From the human T2T-CHM13v2.0 reference genome, Homo sapiens, in the NCBI GenBank assembly GCA_009914755.4, contig CP086569.2:19360001-19424000 (forward strand): a stretch of DNA of 64,000 nucleotides. The letters run 5' to 3'. Position 1 is the first letter of the stretch; each line of letters opens with the position of its first letter. The position numbers and the translations under genes are program-made. The notes beneath the pieces were generated by a model. The model saw nothing but the letters and a program-made list of their open reading frames with translations, ran no database searches and was not told the DNA's origin. Shown here in pieces: positions 25,541 to 39,677 of this stretch.

Positions 25541-26201
25541 AAAACTCTTCAAGCTAGCTCAGTGTCTCCCGAAACCTATTTTTACATTTTTAATCAAAAT
25601 GTACATTTTTATGTCTTCTTACAATTTTTAACTTTTTACTGTTTTTATACACCTTGCATGAAAATTTATGTTTAGCACTTTCAGTTACATGTTATAATAC
25701 TTTTATAATACATGTTATAATATACTTTTGGCAATTTTTACGTTAATGTAAAACCTGTTAAGTTTGTTTGTTTGTCTGTTTTTCTTGTAAATGTCAGTAA
25801 TACTAAACCTTTCCTATGTGTACAACTGAATGATAAATTTGTACATTCACATACTTAACTATTAATGTTTGTTGGAAGCTGCATTTGCTATAAAGGTATT
25901 TTACGATAGCTCTGTTTTGTACTAGATGTCCCCAGACAATAGACAGAGACCCGGAATCCTCCTTCTGAAAGAGGACACTTATGCTGGGAAAGCACTTCAT
26001 GTCCCCACGATTTCCTTGAGCTTATCCCATTGGTCCTTTGAGGAAGTGGACAGCAGTCTGGACTTTCTATGGTACCACGAGAAAGGCAGGAAAAGGCAGA
26101 TCTTACCAGATGGCTGAATTAGTGTTGTCTTTTGGATATTCCAGTTGGAATTGGCAAAGGGACTGCCAGACTAGCGATATATGAGGAACAGAGAGTAAGA
26201 G

Positions 26202-26203
<2 letters not shown>

Positions 26204-26245
<42 letters not shown>

Positions 26246-26252
26246 GAAAGAG
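26204..26252. repeat. (GA)n microsatellite
   Basis: GAGAGAGAGAGA…AAAGAGAGAGG. Confidence 0.95.
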
Positions 26253-27971
26253 GGAGCCAGTGTTAGGGGTGGATTCCTGAGACTTGAGGGATTTAGAGCC
26301 CTGGCCTGAGCCTTGCAGTTTCCTTCAGGTCAGTTGTCCTTCTCACACAAATCGCTTGAAGAGTAAAATGAGCAAAAAGATGGGGCAGGTGGCCAGAGAC
26401 TCTCAGGATCCAGGAGTTTGCTTAGGATAAGCTGCCATTGCCCACAGCTTCCTGGGATGTAAGGGAGCCTCTGCCACCAATACCGGTCCTGGGTATCAGC
26501 AACCAATGTAAGGATTAAAGAAAGAGGAGAGAAACCTGAAGGGTAGCTTGACAGTCAACAGGGACAGGTTTATTTTTAATCAGTGTGAGAGGGGCGGCTG
26601 GCCAGGTTAAGTCAGAGCCACACTCTGTTAACAGACTAAGAGTATTCCGTGATTCAGTCTCACAGTGCTTATCAGAGGGTTGGACTGCCTCTGTGTCTCT
26701 TTGTTGTGGTTATCTGACAGAGAGTGTTGTGTGTCTGTTTTCATACAGCTTTCTAGAGTTGCAGGCATGTCCCCCATGTCTGCTTCTAGCTTCCGTATCT
26801 TAGTGCACCTGAAGGGAAAGGAATGTGCTTATTATTTGTAGTAAGAAGAGAAGTGATTTCCTTGAAATGCATGAGGCTAAAAAGAGAGCTGGAAGTTAAT
26901 GTGGCAGTATTTGTTCAAGATGAAGGTGCTCCTGCTCTATCACTTTCTAGTCAGGTAATTGCACAGCTGTTAGTTTTGTTTTGTTTTGTTTTTTGGAGTA
27001 ATTATATACTTAGATGTAAATTCTGTTGTCTGCAAATTCAAATCAGAAAATTTATATGATTCTATTTGATGTCTTTGCCATACACAAATGCATGCTTACA
27101 TATATTATAACACCTGTGAGTTTTAAAAATTATTTTATGGTAATAAATAGTGATTTCTCAGCCCTCTGAAAAACAAGATTAAATTATTTTGTGTATTGAA
27201 TATTCACAATTATTTAGGAAATCACTGAAGTTTATATTTTCTTAAATTTACTTTTCTACTGGTTAAATTGAAAGGTATTTTAGTAAGAAAACTGTAATAG
27301 AAAATTAAAATTACTGATAATATAAATCACTAAATGGTTTAAATTATTCTATTGAAGTTGTGGAAGTGTTGTTGTTGTTTTAATTATAGCAGCATAAAAA
27401 TATACAATAAAATTTACCACAGCTCTTTATTTTCTCTCTCAAAGAGGAATTGTATTTAATCATTTTCTTTGTTAGATGTTTGCTCTTTATAAGAACGAGA
27501 CTCTTTTTATTCAAATAGAAGCTGTTTTGTAATCTTGATTCTATTACACCAATGAATACTTCTTTTTCACAGAAATGCAACAACTTGAGCAAGAGTGATC
27601 AGTTACTAAGAGGAGTACCTAACGTCCTTAGAAGAAAAGATTCAGATCATAGGGATTTTATTTACAGAAATGTATTTACCTGTTTGTAATGTATGCCAGT
27701 TTAGGTAAGACATTTTCATGTTATATCAATGATGTTTTTATTTTTAAATATAAAATGAGAATCATTTTTTAATCAAGTTATTACATGTAATGTGTCCTAA
27801 AGTACAGGCAATATTCCATATACATATATACATATAGATACATATATATATATATATAAAAATGCATAGCAAATCTGTGTAACTTTAATGTATTTCATGT
27901 ATTCTTAGGTTATTTATGCATTTGTTTTATTTTTCTGGTAATCTTTAAGATTAGATATTGTGCCCGATTGA

Positions 27972-28314
<343 letters not shown>

Positions 28315-30404
28315 CTTAATGTTGCTTTTTGAAAAGTACTAACTTCCAGGTCATATCCCACACTATCTAAATCAGAATTTCTAGAACTTGGGAAAGGTAT
28401 CCACATCCTTAGGGGATACCAATTAGTTGTTTTGCTTTTCAGGTTTAAAAATGACATCTATGAGAAACTTAGCGCATATGTATGCTTTTGTTAAAATAAA
28501 GAAAAAGAAATTTGGTGATAATGTAAATAAATAATTCACTTAAAATTTTTGTTGCTATTAGCATAAATTAAGAAATGCAGGTTTAAGTAAATGTCTCTTA
28601 GGGTAGTCTGATTTTCCTCACATCAGCCTATTGCACAGTAGTCCTAAAGGCATGGATAGATTGTCAGAAACGTACAACAAAAATATTTGTACTGTATTCA
28701 ATGTTAGTGCAACATTTCAAAATTACTAATTTATGGATCTATTTAAAATTTAATTACTAGATAATATCTCAGTGATATTGATAAATATTAGGTCATATTT
28801 ATATGAATGACTCAGACAATTAGCAGATCATTTTAAGTAATTTGTTTAAATTACAAATATTTTCCTATCAAAACTAATTTCTATGGTCACACATTCCTGT
28901 AATGAAAGTGTTATTTGTATTATTAATATTTACCTTCAAGAGGAAATACATTTTACCCTTTACTCTTCCTGCTCTAACGATCTCTGTGCTTTCTTTTCCT
29001 CAGCCTTGCCTGACTACCTCTGAGATGCTGGGATACTTTTAGTAGAGTAGGAGCATATATTATACAAACATAAACACAATAATTATTTTGAATGTAAAAG
29101 TATCATACTCAAGAACTCACAAAAATTTTGTCTTGCACAATTTAACTTGAGATTTTAGTTGCTTTTACAAAACCCATGATTGGTTTATAATATAACCTAA
29201 GTTTAATTTTAATTGAGGAAGTTCATTATACATTTATACATCTTAAGGCATTTAGGCAGTGTGTTTTAGGTATTAGGAATTTTTAAAATTTGAGAAAACT
29301 GAGTCAACACAGTTGCATCGCATCGTGTACCATTCCCTGTAAGGCCCCCAAAGTACCCAAGAATGAAACATACTAATGTTTCTATGACGAGAAATGAATA
29401 TTCCCTTTATGGGTGAAGACTTAAATAGCTTCCCTCAATTAAGTCTTTATTACATCAGAAATTGAGTTACATAACAACCTTATTTTTAAAAGCCTTGCTT
29501 ACTTGAGCTTTTCGAATTTCAGATAAAGTATTTTGAATCCCTCCTAATTATGATTTTGAAAATACAGTACTGAATAAACAGTCCAGGTGGGATAATATTA
29601 AAGGATTGTAATAAACAAACAAACAAACAAAATACAGAGGGCTCTGCTGCCTGTTGTAGGGAGTATGTGTCTTAAATTTGGAGAGTAAAAAGCACTTGCA
29701 GTAGAAAAGGGTTGCTTTGTTAATTTTTTTTTCTAAGTAGTTAGTGGGTACAGACTTAGTATTGACATAACTTGGCTTTTCTAGCATTTATGTGAGATAT
29801 TCACTGTGACTTGATAAACCATTAGAGAATCACAAAAGGCATACATTTGTAACAACTCACAGGCTATAGCATAGAAAGTTTCACAATAGACCACAGTAAG
29901 GAAGTATTCAAAATTATCTGTATAAAAACTTTGTGGGTGCTCTATATTACAAAAACGGCAATGCAGAACATATGTGTGGACAGATTTATGAGCTCTTTAT
30001 GAGTTAGTATAGTCAGGTGTCGGTAATTGGATATTTGAGGAAGTGGAGCAGGAAAGAGACAACACCTACGCCCCGGATGTGATTTGATAAGCTGAAGGAA
30101 TAGTAATGCAATTTACTGACAGAAAAAGGAGAACCTCTTCGAGCGGATTGCATTTTAGAAACATATGGGAAACCAAATAAAAAATTGTAATGGGGAGTTG
30201 GATACATATGTCCAGAATTTGGAATCATCTAAAAGGATACATGTGTTACTATAGATGTAATAATGAAAAAAGTCATTGGAAGGAATGTCTTAGAATGGAA
30301 ACTTTTTTTAAAAAAGTTAATGTTAACATGGTAGATAACATTAAGTTATCTAAAAGCAATCCGTAGCCTCTAAGTAGTTTAAATTAGTATGTAAGAAGAA
30401 TAAT

Positions 30405-30666
30405 TTCTTTCTTTTTCTTTTTCTTTTTCTTTTTTTCTTTTTCTTTTTTTTTTTTTTTTTTTTTTTTTTTTGGGAGAGAGTCTCGTTCTGTCACCCGGGC
30501 TGGAGTGCAGGAGGACAATCTCGGCTCGCTGAAACCTCTGCCGCCTGGGTTCAAGCAATTCTCTGGGTCAGCGTCCTGCGTAGCTGGGATTACAAGCGCC
30601 TGCCACCACAGTTGGCTAATGTTTAAAAGAGATGGGGTTTCACCGTCTTGACCAGCCTGGTTTTGA
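30405..30666 (-). mobile_element. 5'-truncated Alu (antisense) with a long T-rich/(TTTC)n tail. CpGs are largely intact.
   Basis: (TTTC)n/T31 tail, then GGGAGAGAGTCTCGTTCTGTCACCCGGGCTGGAGTGCAGGAGGACAATCTCGGCTCGCTGAAACCTCTGCCGCCTGGGTTCAAGCAATTCTC…GGGGTTTCACCGTCTTGACCAGCCTGG. About 9 CpGs are retained. Confidence 0.8.
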
Positions 30667-32162
30667 GAAAAATCATAATTTTAAAAAACTGTGCTTATGC
30701 TAAAAACAGATCCTTAGCATTCTTCCAGTATTCTTAGTTGTGTCATTTGCTTTAAAATAAGCCTAAGAATTGCACCAGAATTAGCTGCACAACTCCGCCA
30801 GGAAATGCAAAGTTTTATTGTTATAGGATTCTAGAAACAATCATATTATATATCTGGAAACTCTATACACACATGCCCACACACACAAAAACACACACAA
30901 TTTTCACTGAATAGACATCATAATAAGCACACTGAAAACCTAATAAAGTTATTATAAAGCTGTAGAACACAATGATTAAAAGCAAATGATAATCTTAAAT
31001 TTTAAAGAACTGAAAATATTAGAATTTAAGAATTAAAATGTTCTAATTGTTCTTTGGTCCACTATCATAGATTTCAAGCAGATTAATTAATGTAGTAGAA
31101 TGACATTAATAGTTCCTATCAATGGGATTTAATTTATACCATTTTGAAAATAGTTTGTTGTCATATATTGTTTACTGTGTGACTTCTTGTATTTGCTCTA
31201 AAGTAAGGCTAAATCACATCTTAGCCTCATCTCATCCAAGGAAGTGATTACAGTAAAGGTATCCATGTTGGGTTAATGTGTAAAATAGTGGTTGTGGATT
31301 AATGTGGGTTTGATGTAGGAATTTATTATTCTCCTTATTAAGATTAGCTTGAAATGTACTGTGTGACGAATATTTAGTCTATTCAATAAGTGGTATTCAA
31401 CAGATATATATCAACAAGTGCTATGTACCAACCACTGTTCAAGGTGGCAGATAAAAATATAGGCAAAGATAATATTAATCCAAATTGCACATGAAAACAT
31501 TTGATACTATTGATAATGTGGCAGATGAAATGATTTTCACTTTATTATAATTTTTAAGAGAATGAGATAATTAAATGTGTACTGTAAGTGTTACAAGAAG
31601 CCTATCCATGTTATTCTTTACTGAAATAATTAGATTACAAAAATCACCTTTTTCAAAAGAAATTTATATTATAAATGCTCCCATGGCAAAAACAAAAAGC
31701 CTGGTCTTTGACTTGGAATATATTCTTATTATATAAAGTAAGATACATGGCAGAGAGAAGAAAAAACAATTTTATTCATCTGTCCTGGTAATGACAAAAA
31801 AGACAGAAGTCATATTTTTTTTGCAATTTTAGATTGGACTCCTAAGAATAGCAGACAGTTGGCAGTGTAAATATGTTGTAAATTAGCTAGCCCTGAAACA
31901 AAATGACTGATCATTAGCAAATCGGGCAACTTTTATTATTGCCATTGTAAGTTGCTTTACCTATCATGAGTGTGCTCTTATACTATTAGAATTGAAATCT
32001 ATTCTGTACTGCCAATTTATATCCCTGTTTTATAATCTTGGGATTCTTGCTTTACATTCTAAAATGTTGTCTCTGAACAATTAGTGAATATCAAGTAAGT
32101 TTTTTATTTTTTTTAAAGGTAGTCTTAAAAGTCTAATGATCTTTAGTGAAAATAATGAGGAG

Positions 32163-32320
32163 ATTTGGATATGGTGGTTCATTTCTGTAATCCCAAGTAG
32201 TTGGAAGGATGAGGCAGGAGTATATTACTTGAACCCTGGAGTGTGAGGACTGATTGAGCTATGTGCTAACATCATGCCACTGCAGTCCAGCCTGGGCCAC
32301 AGAGCATAATCTGAATAAAA
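32163..32320 (+). mobile_element. Alu-like monomer fragment (FRAM-like)
   Basis: GGATATGGTGGTTCATTTCTGTAATCCCAAGTAGTTGGAAGGATGAGGCAGGAG…CATGCCACTGCAGTCCAGCCTGGGCCACAGAGCATAATCTGAATAAAAAATAG. Confidence 0.6.
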
Positions 32321-32995
32321 AATAGAACTATAAAAAGTAATATAGCATTGCTGTTTTTAATTCACTTGTAGTAATGCATAGATAGCATATTTAGCCAAAA
32401 CGTTTTAAACTGGTAATATGCCAAGAGGTCAGATGTTTGAGTCAGATTGCTAGCTAGCTCCTCAACTGGCTAAATCTGTAGTATTTTGCAAAGTATTTCT
32501 CCTAAATGTAATTAGTTTTTTTATTTGTTAAATGGATTTACTAATGCTACCTGCTTAGGAAACTAACTCTGATATTAATTAGTTTACCTCAAAAACTTGT
32601 TCTGAATGACATATATTAGGCAATAAAATATTAGCTACTACTTGATATTACAAATTCTTTTCATCTGTTTACTTTTAAAGCTCATAGTGAGCACAATAAA
32701 ATTCCAGAAGACCGATGATGGCTGTTAGATATAACAGAACGCTCTGAGAGTCACTATCAGAAATGAGCATATCAGTGCATAAAATGTATGGTAGCTTTAT
32801 TTAGCAGCTGTTTCATTGTTTACCATAGCATTTTTTCTTACAATTTTGTAGAAGCCTGTGTCAGAATCAAGAAGTTTTTTTTAGAAGATGATAATCATGG
32901 ATGATTGAAATCATACTGAAAATTATTCTAAATTCTATTATATTTATAGTTGTATTTTCTTTCAAAGGATAATGGAAGTCTTAAAAAGAAAATGG

Positions 32996-33159
32996 ATACT
33001 TCTCTGCCAGGGGAGATACTGTGATCATGAAGGTGGCTTTCCCAGGGCAAGGCTGATCTATTGCATTCTGGATGTGCTGACTCCTACGATTTCCCCAAGT
33101 GTGGGAAACTCAACTGCATAATTTGTGGAAGTAATGACTGTGTTTGCACTTTCACGTGG
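32996..33159 (+). pseudogene. U1 spliceosomal snRNA retropseudogene (about 164 nt, roughly 83% identity to U1)
   Basis: ATACTTCTCTGCCAGGGGAGATACTGTGATCATGAAGGTGGCTTTCCCAGGGCAAGGCTGATCTATTGCATTCTGGATGTGCTGACTCCTACGATTTCCCCAAGTGTGGGAAACTCAACTGCATAATTTGTGGAAGTAATGACTGTGTTTGCACTTTCACGTGG aligns end to end with U1 (ATACTTACCTGGCAGGGGAGATACCATGATCACGAAGGTGGTTTTCCCAGGGCGAGGCTTATCCATTGCACTCCGGATGTGCTGACCCCTGCGATTTCCCCAAATGTGGGAAACTCGACTGCATAATTTGTGGTAGTGGGGGACTGCGTTCGCGCTTTCCCCTG). Most differences are CpG to TpG or CpA transitions. Confidence 0.85.
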
Positions 33160-33160
33160 A

Positions 33161-33243
33161 AAAAGAAAAGGAAAGGAAAGGAAAGGAAAGGAAAGGAAAG
33201 GAAAGGAAAGGAAAGGAAAGGAAAGGAAAGGAAAGAAAGAAAA
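33161..33243. repeat. (GGAAA)n microsatellite, about 14 units, directly abutting the U1 pseudogene 3' end
   Basis: AAAAGAAAAGGAAAGGAAAGG…GGAAAGAAAGAAAA. This is probably the expanded A-rich retroposition tail. It accounts for ORFs 33061..33273 (+) and 33084..33335 (-). Confidence 0.9.
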
Positions 33244-34365
33244 TTGACTCGTTTAGTGGATATAGAAACTTGAAAGAAGACCATATACTGGAAACAATTC
33301 CATGTGTCTAAAAAATGGTCTCCTCCAGTACACAAAAATAAAACATCAAATGTTTATTTCTTAGAAAGATCAAATAGTGCTAGGATGACACTTACAAAAG
33401 CTTTCAAACTTTGGATGAGTGGGCAGGGGGAAGCCCCCAAAGGGCAGCAGATAAATCTGGGAAAAAGAGAAATAATTTTTAAATGTGTAAGCCAATGTTT
33501 ATGTATTAATATTGCCCTTAAAAATATTTATTTTATTAAATGGTTAGCATTGGTTTGTTTGGTCTTAGAAAGTATTTCCTTTTGGAAATGACTTGTGTGA
33601 AATGGTCTAGAAATTATGTAGCTAAAATAATTCATATTTTTCCCTGTATTACAAATCATTTGCAGGCATTGCAAACATATTAAAGATGCCAGCTTTTTTG
33701 CACTTCTTAACGTTTATTCTAAATGAAGAAAATTAAATATAAGGTACAAAGTTACTTTTATAATCAAATAAATCAGTCTTTTTAAATATTTAGAATTTGA
33801 AGCCAGATGACAAAGATGCCTTAGATGAGCATAAGTCCTCTCCAACAGAATATGCTCCATTATATCCTCATCCAACAGGCTTTATGTATCAATAGGTAAA
33901 TAAATAAAGTTTTTATTTTTCTTTTTTGAACTCATTTTCATCTTTACTTACGTGGTTTTCAATTATTATTTTCTTACATATTTTGTAACGTATCAGCTGT
34001 GACTGTAAATTAAGAAAAACATTATCTAGGGCAGCTTTGGCAAGATGATCAGAAGAAGAATGCTTCAAGTGGGGTCATGTTTTATTTTACCCTTTTGATA
34101 TTTTGTTTGTAATTAGGTACTACCTTGTCCTAGTTCATAAAAATGTGTCATATTTCAATAAGATCATAAAGTAATTTATTTAATCTCTCTCAAAATCCAG
34201 TGACAGTAAAAATTAACAATTTTACGAGTTTTCATACAAAATTTACCAAAAAACAAATACTGACCAAAAATATAAATAAAAACCATTTCTGAGCACTTCT
34301 AAGTTAAAACAAATATTTTTATTAAAATATTATGGGAAGACTAGACACGACGTGAGTAATGCACT

Positions 34366-34583
34366 TTTCTCTTTCTTTCTGTCTTTCTTTGTTTCTTCCT
34401 TTCTTTCTCTCTTTCTTTCTTTCTTTTCCTTTCTTTCTTTCCTTCTTTTCCTTCCTTTCTTCTTTCTTTCTTTTCTTTTTCTTTTCTTTTCCTCATTCTC
34501 TCTCTCTTCTTTCTTTCTTTTCTTTCTTTCTTTCTTTCTTTCTTACTTTCTTTCTTCCTTTCTTCCTTTCCTTCTTTTTTTCT
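34366..34583. repeat. near-pure polypyrimidine (TTTC/CTTT/TCC)n tract, about 215 bp, with only about 4 purine interruptions on the + strand
   Basis: CTTTTCTCTTTCTTTCTGTCTTTCTTTGTTTCTTCCTTTCTTTCTCTC…TTTCTTCCTTTCCTTCTTTTTTTC. This is the degenerate tail of the downstream antisense Alu. It accounts for the F/L/S-rich ORFs 34352..34700. Confidence 0.95.
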
Positions 34584-34862
34584 GATGCAGTTTCACTCTT
34601 GTTGCATGGGCTGTACTGCAATGTTTGCGATCTTGGCTCACTACAACTTCCACCCCATGAGTTCAAGCGGTTCTCCTGCCTCAGCCTCCCAAGTAGCTAG
34701 GATTACAGGCATGCACAACCACGTGTGGCTAATTTTGTATTTTTGGTAGAGACAGGGTTTCCCCTTGTCAGCCAGGGTGGTCTGGATCTCCTGACCTCGT
34801 GATCCACCTGCCTTGGACTCTCAAAGTGCTGGTATTACAGGTGGTGAGCCATGGCACCTGGC
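34584..34862 (-). mobile_element. Alu SINE (antisense)
   Basis: TGATGCAGTTTCACTCTTGTTGCATGGGCTGTACTGCAATGTTTGCGATCTTGGCTCACTACAACTTCCACC…GTGCTGGTATTACAGGTGGTGAGCCATGGCACCTGGC. Confidence 0.85.
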
Positions 34863-37800
34863 TAAGTTAATCATTTGAAAGGTTTTCTTGTGCTGTAACA
34901 TTTAGCATGACTTCTCACCAAGTTCATGTAGCCAAGGGATGGAATCACCCAGAGTAACAGCTTTATTGCTCAGAAACCTTATTTTTTAAAACCAGAAAAA
35001 TGTAAAAAACAAGCAGATTATAATTCTACACGTTCTTCACCTTTAATATAGTTTAATTTCTTGTTGAGATAAGGAATATTGCCATATGTTTAATAGAAAT
35101 TCTAAAATATTAAAACCAACATGAACACTTTTCATATGTCACAATGTGTGGAGCATGGTAGACTGTATTTTTTTTTTTTTTTTTGGACTGGGGCACTTTT
35201 GTGATAGAATTTACTAAGTGATGCTTGTGATGCTTTTAAAACATGGCTTCATCTAATTCCAGTGAAGTGCATATTATCAGAATCCACAGTATTTTGAATT
35301 ACCAGTGTGCCAAGATTTCTGACTGCTTTGCTACCCAGTCACAATTTTCCTTGAAAGCAGTAAGGCTCGTAGTTTATTTCTATGTTATTTTAAAGTGTTT
35401 GTTGTTAGAGGTAGGGTTTACTGAAGATATAAGCTCCTTCCGATTTTAAATAATTCATACAATTTTTTTCATTCAATATAATATCTCTATGCCCATTGTT
35501 GGAAACAATAGGATATGAAGTGTGTTGCACAGTGTGAGGAACAGCAATTCGTTTGTTTGAACTGGTTAGAATATACTATGTTTTTATCTTTTTATAGTAT
35601 GTAAACATTAGCATTGAACATTATGAATGCCAAATGCAGTCTACATTAGTCAAGACCTATAAATACACTATCAGGGCTACTGATATTGGTACATTGTAAT
35701 CCAACTATGTCATGGGCCTTCCTATTTGGCCTATTGTTATTTGCAGTCTACATTTCTCTCCAGGCCTAGACTTAGATTTGGGAATTTCTGTTCCTTAAAG
35801 AGTACAAAAGAAATAAGTGTAGATTAATTCTATTCCTGCTTTACTGCTGCACCTCTATAAGGTTGCCATCTCAAGTGAATACATCATGATGTCCTGGTTC
35901 TAATCACCTTCCAATCATCCTGGAGAGGATTCTTCAAATGGGAACCAACATGTCCTTTTTTAATGTACCCCTTAAATTTGTACTATTAAGAAGATGCCAG
36001 GATGTGACTCAGCCCATTGAAAGTCCATGTGTCACATACAGGCTTCTGTTTGAAAGTCCAGTTTTCTATTGTTCACATGGCCAGGACGTTGATTACTATT
36101 TACTACTCATGAATTCAAACAATTGCCTTTATAAATCATGGTTTAATGTTTTTAATCCTTTATTTAAAAAGAAAAAAAACAGCATGCAGTTCAATCATTG
36201 AGGTAATTTGCTCATTCCATCTTCAATTGGTCTTTTTATTTCTGGTCTCTGTGAAAGCCTGCCAACAGGACATTGTTCATCCACCTTGAAACGGCCATTC
36301 ATCAACCAAGCAGGTTGTTGTTGTCAATAGGGAGCTCTTCAAAGGGCATTGCCCATGTGACAGTGGGATCCAGTAATTCCTGAGGTGGTTCCAGACTACA
36401 TGCTAGAAAATTCCCTACTACCTGCTCTTGAACAGGATGAGCAACTCCTTGCACTTCCCTGGTAACGTTTTTCTCCTATAAAGCCATTTTTTATGTTATC
36501 TTGGAAGTGTTCTGAGCACTTCCTCATTAGACTGTTTCCTTACTTTGCCCAACACGTTATAGGTGTTGCAAGTTTTATAATTATTTTATGGTCTTCAGTC
36601 AAAGAAGCAGGCAAGGCAAGCTAGTAATTATCTTTCCAATGGCACGTATTATTTCATGGCATCCAGGAGTGCCCTGGACCACAATTTCCAGCTAATGCTG
36701 AAGAGGGGCATGTGTGGGTTTTCTCTCATCACCTTAGTCTGCCCAAGAACATGTGCCAGTACTTCTAAAATCAGAATTTGGATCACAAAGCCCCAACGTG
36801 TGGAGAGAAAGAGCTTTTTACAATTCAGAAGTGGACAGCTTTAGTGAAATTTCTTATTTAAATAGACCATTATTTATTGTTTCTTTAAATTGATGCATTA
36901 TAATTTTACCTATTTACAAAGTAGAACTATTATTTTGATACATGCACACAATGAGCAATGAGCAAATTTTTAAATGGCTTATTGGTAATTGGTATATTAG
37001 TCATTTCAGACATATATGACATATTTGTTTCAAGAACTTTCCAAATCTAAACTTCTAGTTATTTTGAAATCTGTAATAAGTTATTCATACCTATAGTCTC
37101 CCTTCTATACAATCAAACTTTAGGACCTATTCCTTCTAACTTTATTTTTTACACATTAACTAGCTCACTTATTTGTTTGCTCAATGTCTTTCACAGCCTG
37201 TAATAATATGTCATGCTATTCTCTACCTCCATGAGATGAAATTTGTTATTTCTGAGATATGAATAAAAACATGCAATCCTTGTCCTTTATATTTTTTGGC
37301 TAGTTTCACTTAATACTTGTCCTTTAAATGAAGGCTTTTTTCTGACTAATGTTTAGTTAATGTATTGAGGTTTTTATACAACTGAAATAAGCACTCACCT
37401 AAAATTTCTCTTAACTGTTGCCAAAACTCTCTGGGTACATAGGATTGCAGTTTGAAAACGGCTAAATGAACAAAGATGTCTTGAAGGTGTCCTAGGACAT
37501 TAATATTGTACGATTTTCTATCTCCTGTCTTACTTAACTCTGGTTTGTCTTCAAATTAATAAAAATATTCTAGTAAATTATCTTGGGGATCAACATTAAA
37601 GACCAAAAAAAAAAAAAAAAAATCAGTAATGCACTAGTTTAACTTTATAAATATAAGGAAAAAAGTTGAAACAAATACCAAAAGTTACTGAATAAAATGA
37701 AATACATTTTTATACTCTTAATTTTAAAAGCACTTTATTTACTTTTTATTTTTTACTATTATTGCTTATTTGAAACATGAACTGTTATAACTGGGTTCAC

Positions 37801-38582
37801 GGAGAAGTTATCATAAAAGAGTAGCAAAGAAATAACATACACTGCAGGTAATATAAAATAGTAAAATTTTGTCAAGTATGCAGGAGTGAAGACAAATGAG
37901 TCCTCTTCTACTTTGGGGGAATACGTTACATAGGGTTTGTAAGATGGATTCAGTATCTTTTTTGAGAATAATGCATTTTCCAAATTACATAAGATTATTT
38001 ACTTGAGGAGATCAGTATTATTAAGACTCAATAAATATGCCTATTAACCGTAGTTGTGGAAGGAATGAGAGCATAGACAGAAGCTCTAAAATCAAAACAT
38101 GATTGTAGCCATAGAGCAAAATACAGTTGGTTTACAAGTGTCTGAGAGGTTTCTGTATGCTTTTCATTGTGTCTTAGGTTTGTGATGAAGAAATAAACAA
38201 TGCCCAGTTCCTGCCCTGGAGAAGCTCATTGCATAGAAAAAGGAAAAAGGCAGATATACATGCCACAGTACAGTGCTGAGACAACATAAATCACAAGCAA
38301 CCAAGTACAAAGGTAAGATATGTAATTTGAAATTTTATATTCTGTTTCTATTGCTTCTTGCTGTTGTGAGTAGCCATCTCTATATGTGTTAAATTCAACA
38401 CCCTAGGGGTAACACGGACTATGGTACCAGAACTTACATTCCAATTTTTCTTCCAATAGTGGCTGTTAACCAAGTATTGGTGAATATCCTATATGAAGAT
38501 TCTGCTAAAAGTAAAGCTACCCTGACTGCGATGCATGGATGATACAATTTACTGCGTCTAGGAAAGAGAAAGAAAGTGTGTG

Positions 38583-38973
<391 letters not shown>

Positions 38974-39588
38974 TTATAGGAAAACCATTTACTACAGTTA
39001 AACTAGACTGATTTTTAAATTTACCTTCTGTCGATATCTATACAAAAAGTAAAATAATAATAATAAAGGGCTTGAGCATAAACATTACCAAAATTTATGT
39101 ATTCCATGTTCACTTATTTGGAGGTATATCCTAAATAGGTGATCTGCTGACCTAACTTCTTTACGCTTTATTATAAAATGAATACTTTTCATAGGCAGTG
39201 TGATCATAATTCTTAACTAATATTTTTTACAAATTCACATAGCATAATATGAAGAACAAATTTGTTTCTTTAGCAGAAAAAGCTTTCATTTGGGAAAAAT
39301 ATAGAGAGAATTTTAAAAATAAGCACAGCTTCTGAAATGCAAATAATATAAATATGTCAGTTATAGTATCTCAGAGATTTTAGCTATATTATGAAAACAT
39401 ACTTCCTACATGATTATTTTAAAGCACAATAATTTCAGAGACAAAAGAGTAGCTGCTATCAGAATCTTCAAACACAGTAACAGAAATTAATAATTAGAAT
39501 TTACCTCACCGTTCTGCTTCTCATCTTCAAAAAATCATTGTCTATATTTTTACCTATGCATTCAATTGCGAGAACACTGCTTCCAGTG

Positions 39589-39591
<3 letters not shown>

Positions 39592-39674
<83 letters not shown>
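39592..39674. repeat. (AT)n(GT)n compound microsatellite
   Basis: (AT)~20 followed by (GT)~22. It accounts for the HTHTHTHTHIYIYIYIY ORF on the minus strand. Confidence 0.95.

Positions 39675-39677
<3 letters not shown>

Noticed and set aside
33161-33243. The regular (GGAAA)14 array, and similarly (GATA)14 at 43977-44033, as possible CRISPR-like repeat arrays.
   Set aside because: They are perfect short-unit microsatellites with no spacers, sitting where SINE or retropseudogene A-tails are expected.
34352-34700. Phe/Leu/Ser-rich ORFs of 77 and 113 aa.
   Set aside because: They are frame readings of the polypyrimidine microsatellite plus Alu.
36240-36850. Possible DNA-transposon (Tigger/MER-like) remnant. 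ORF 36656..36844 lies in this region.
   Set aside because: I could not recognise terminal inverted repeats or a transposase motif by eye. I left it unannotated rather than guess.
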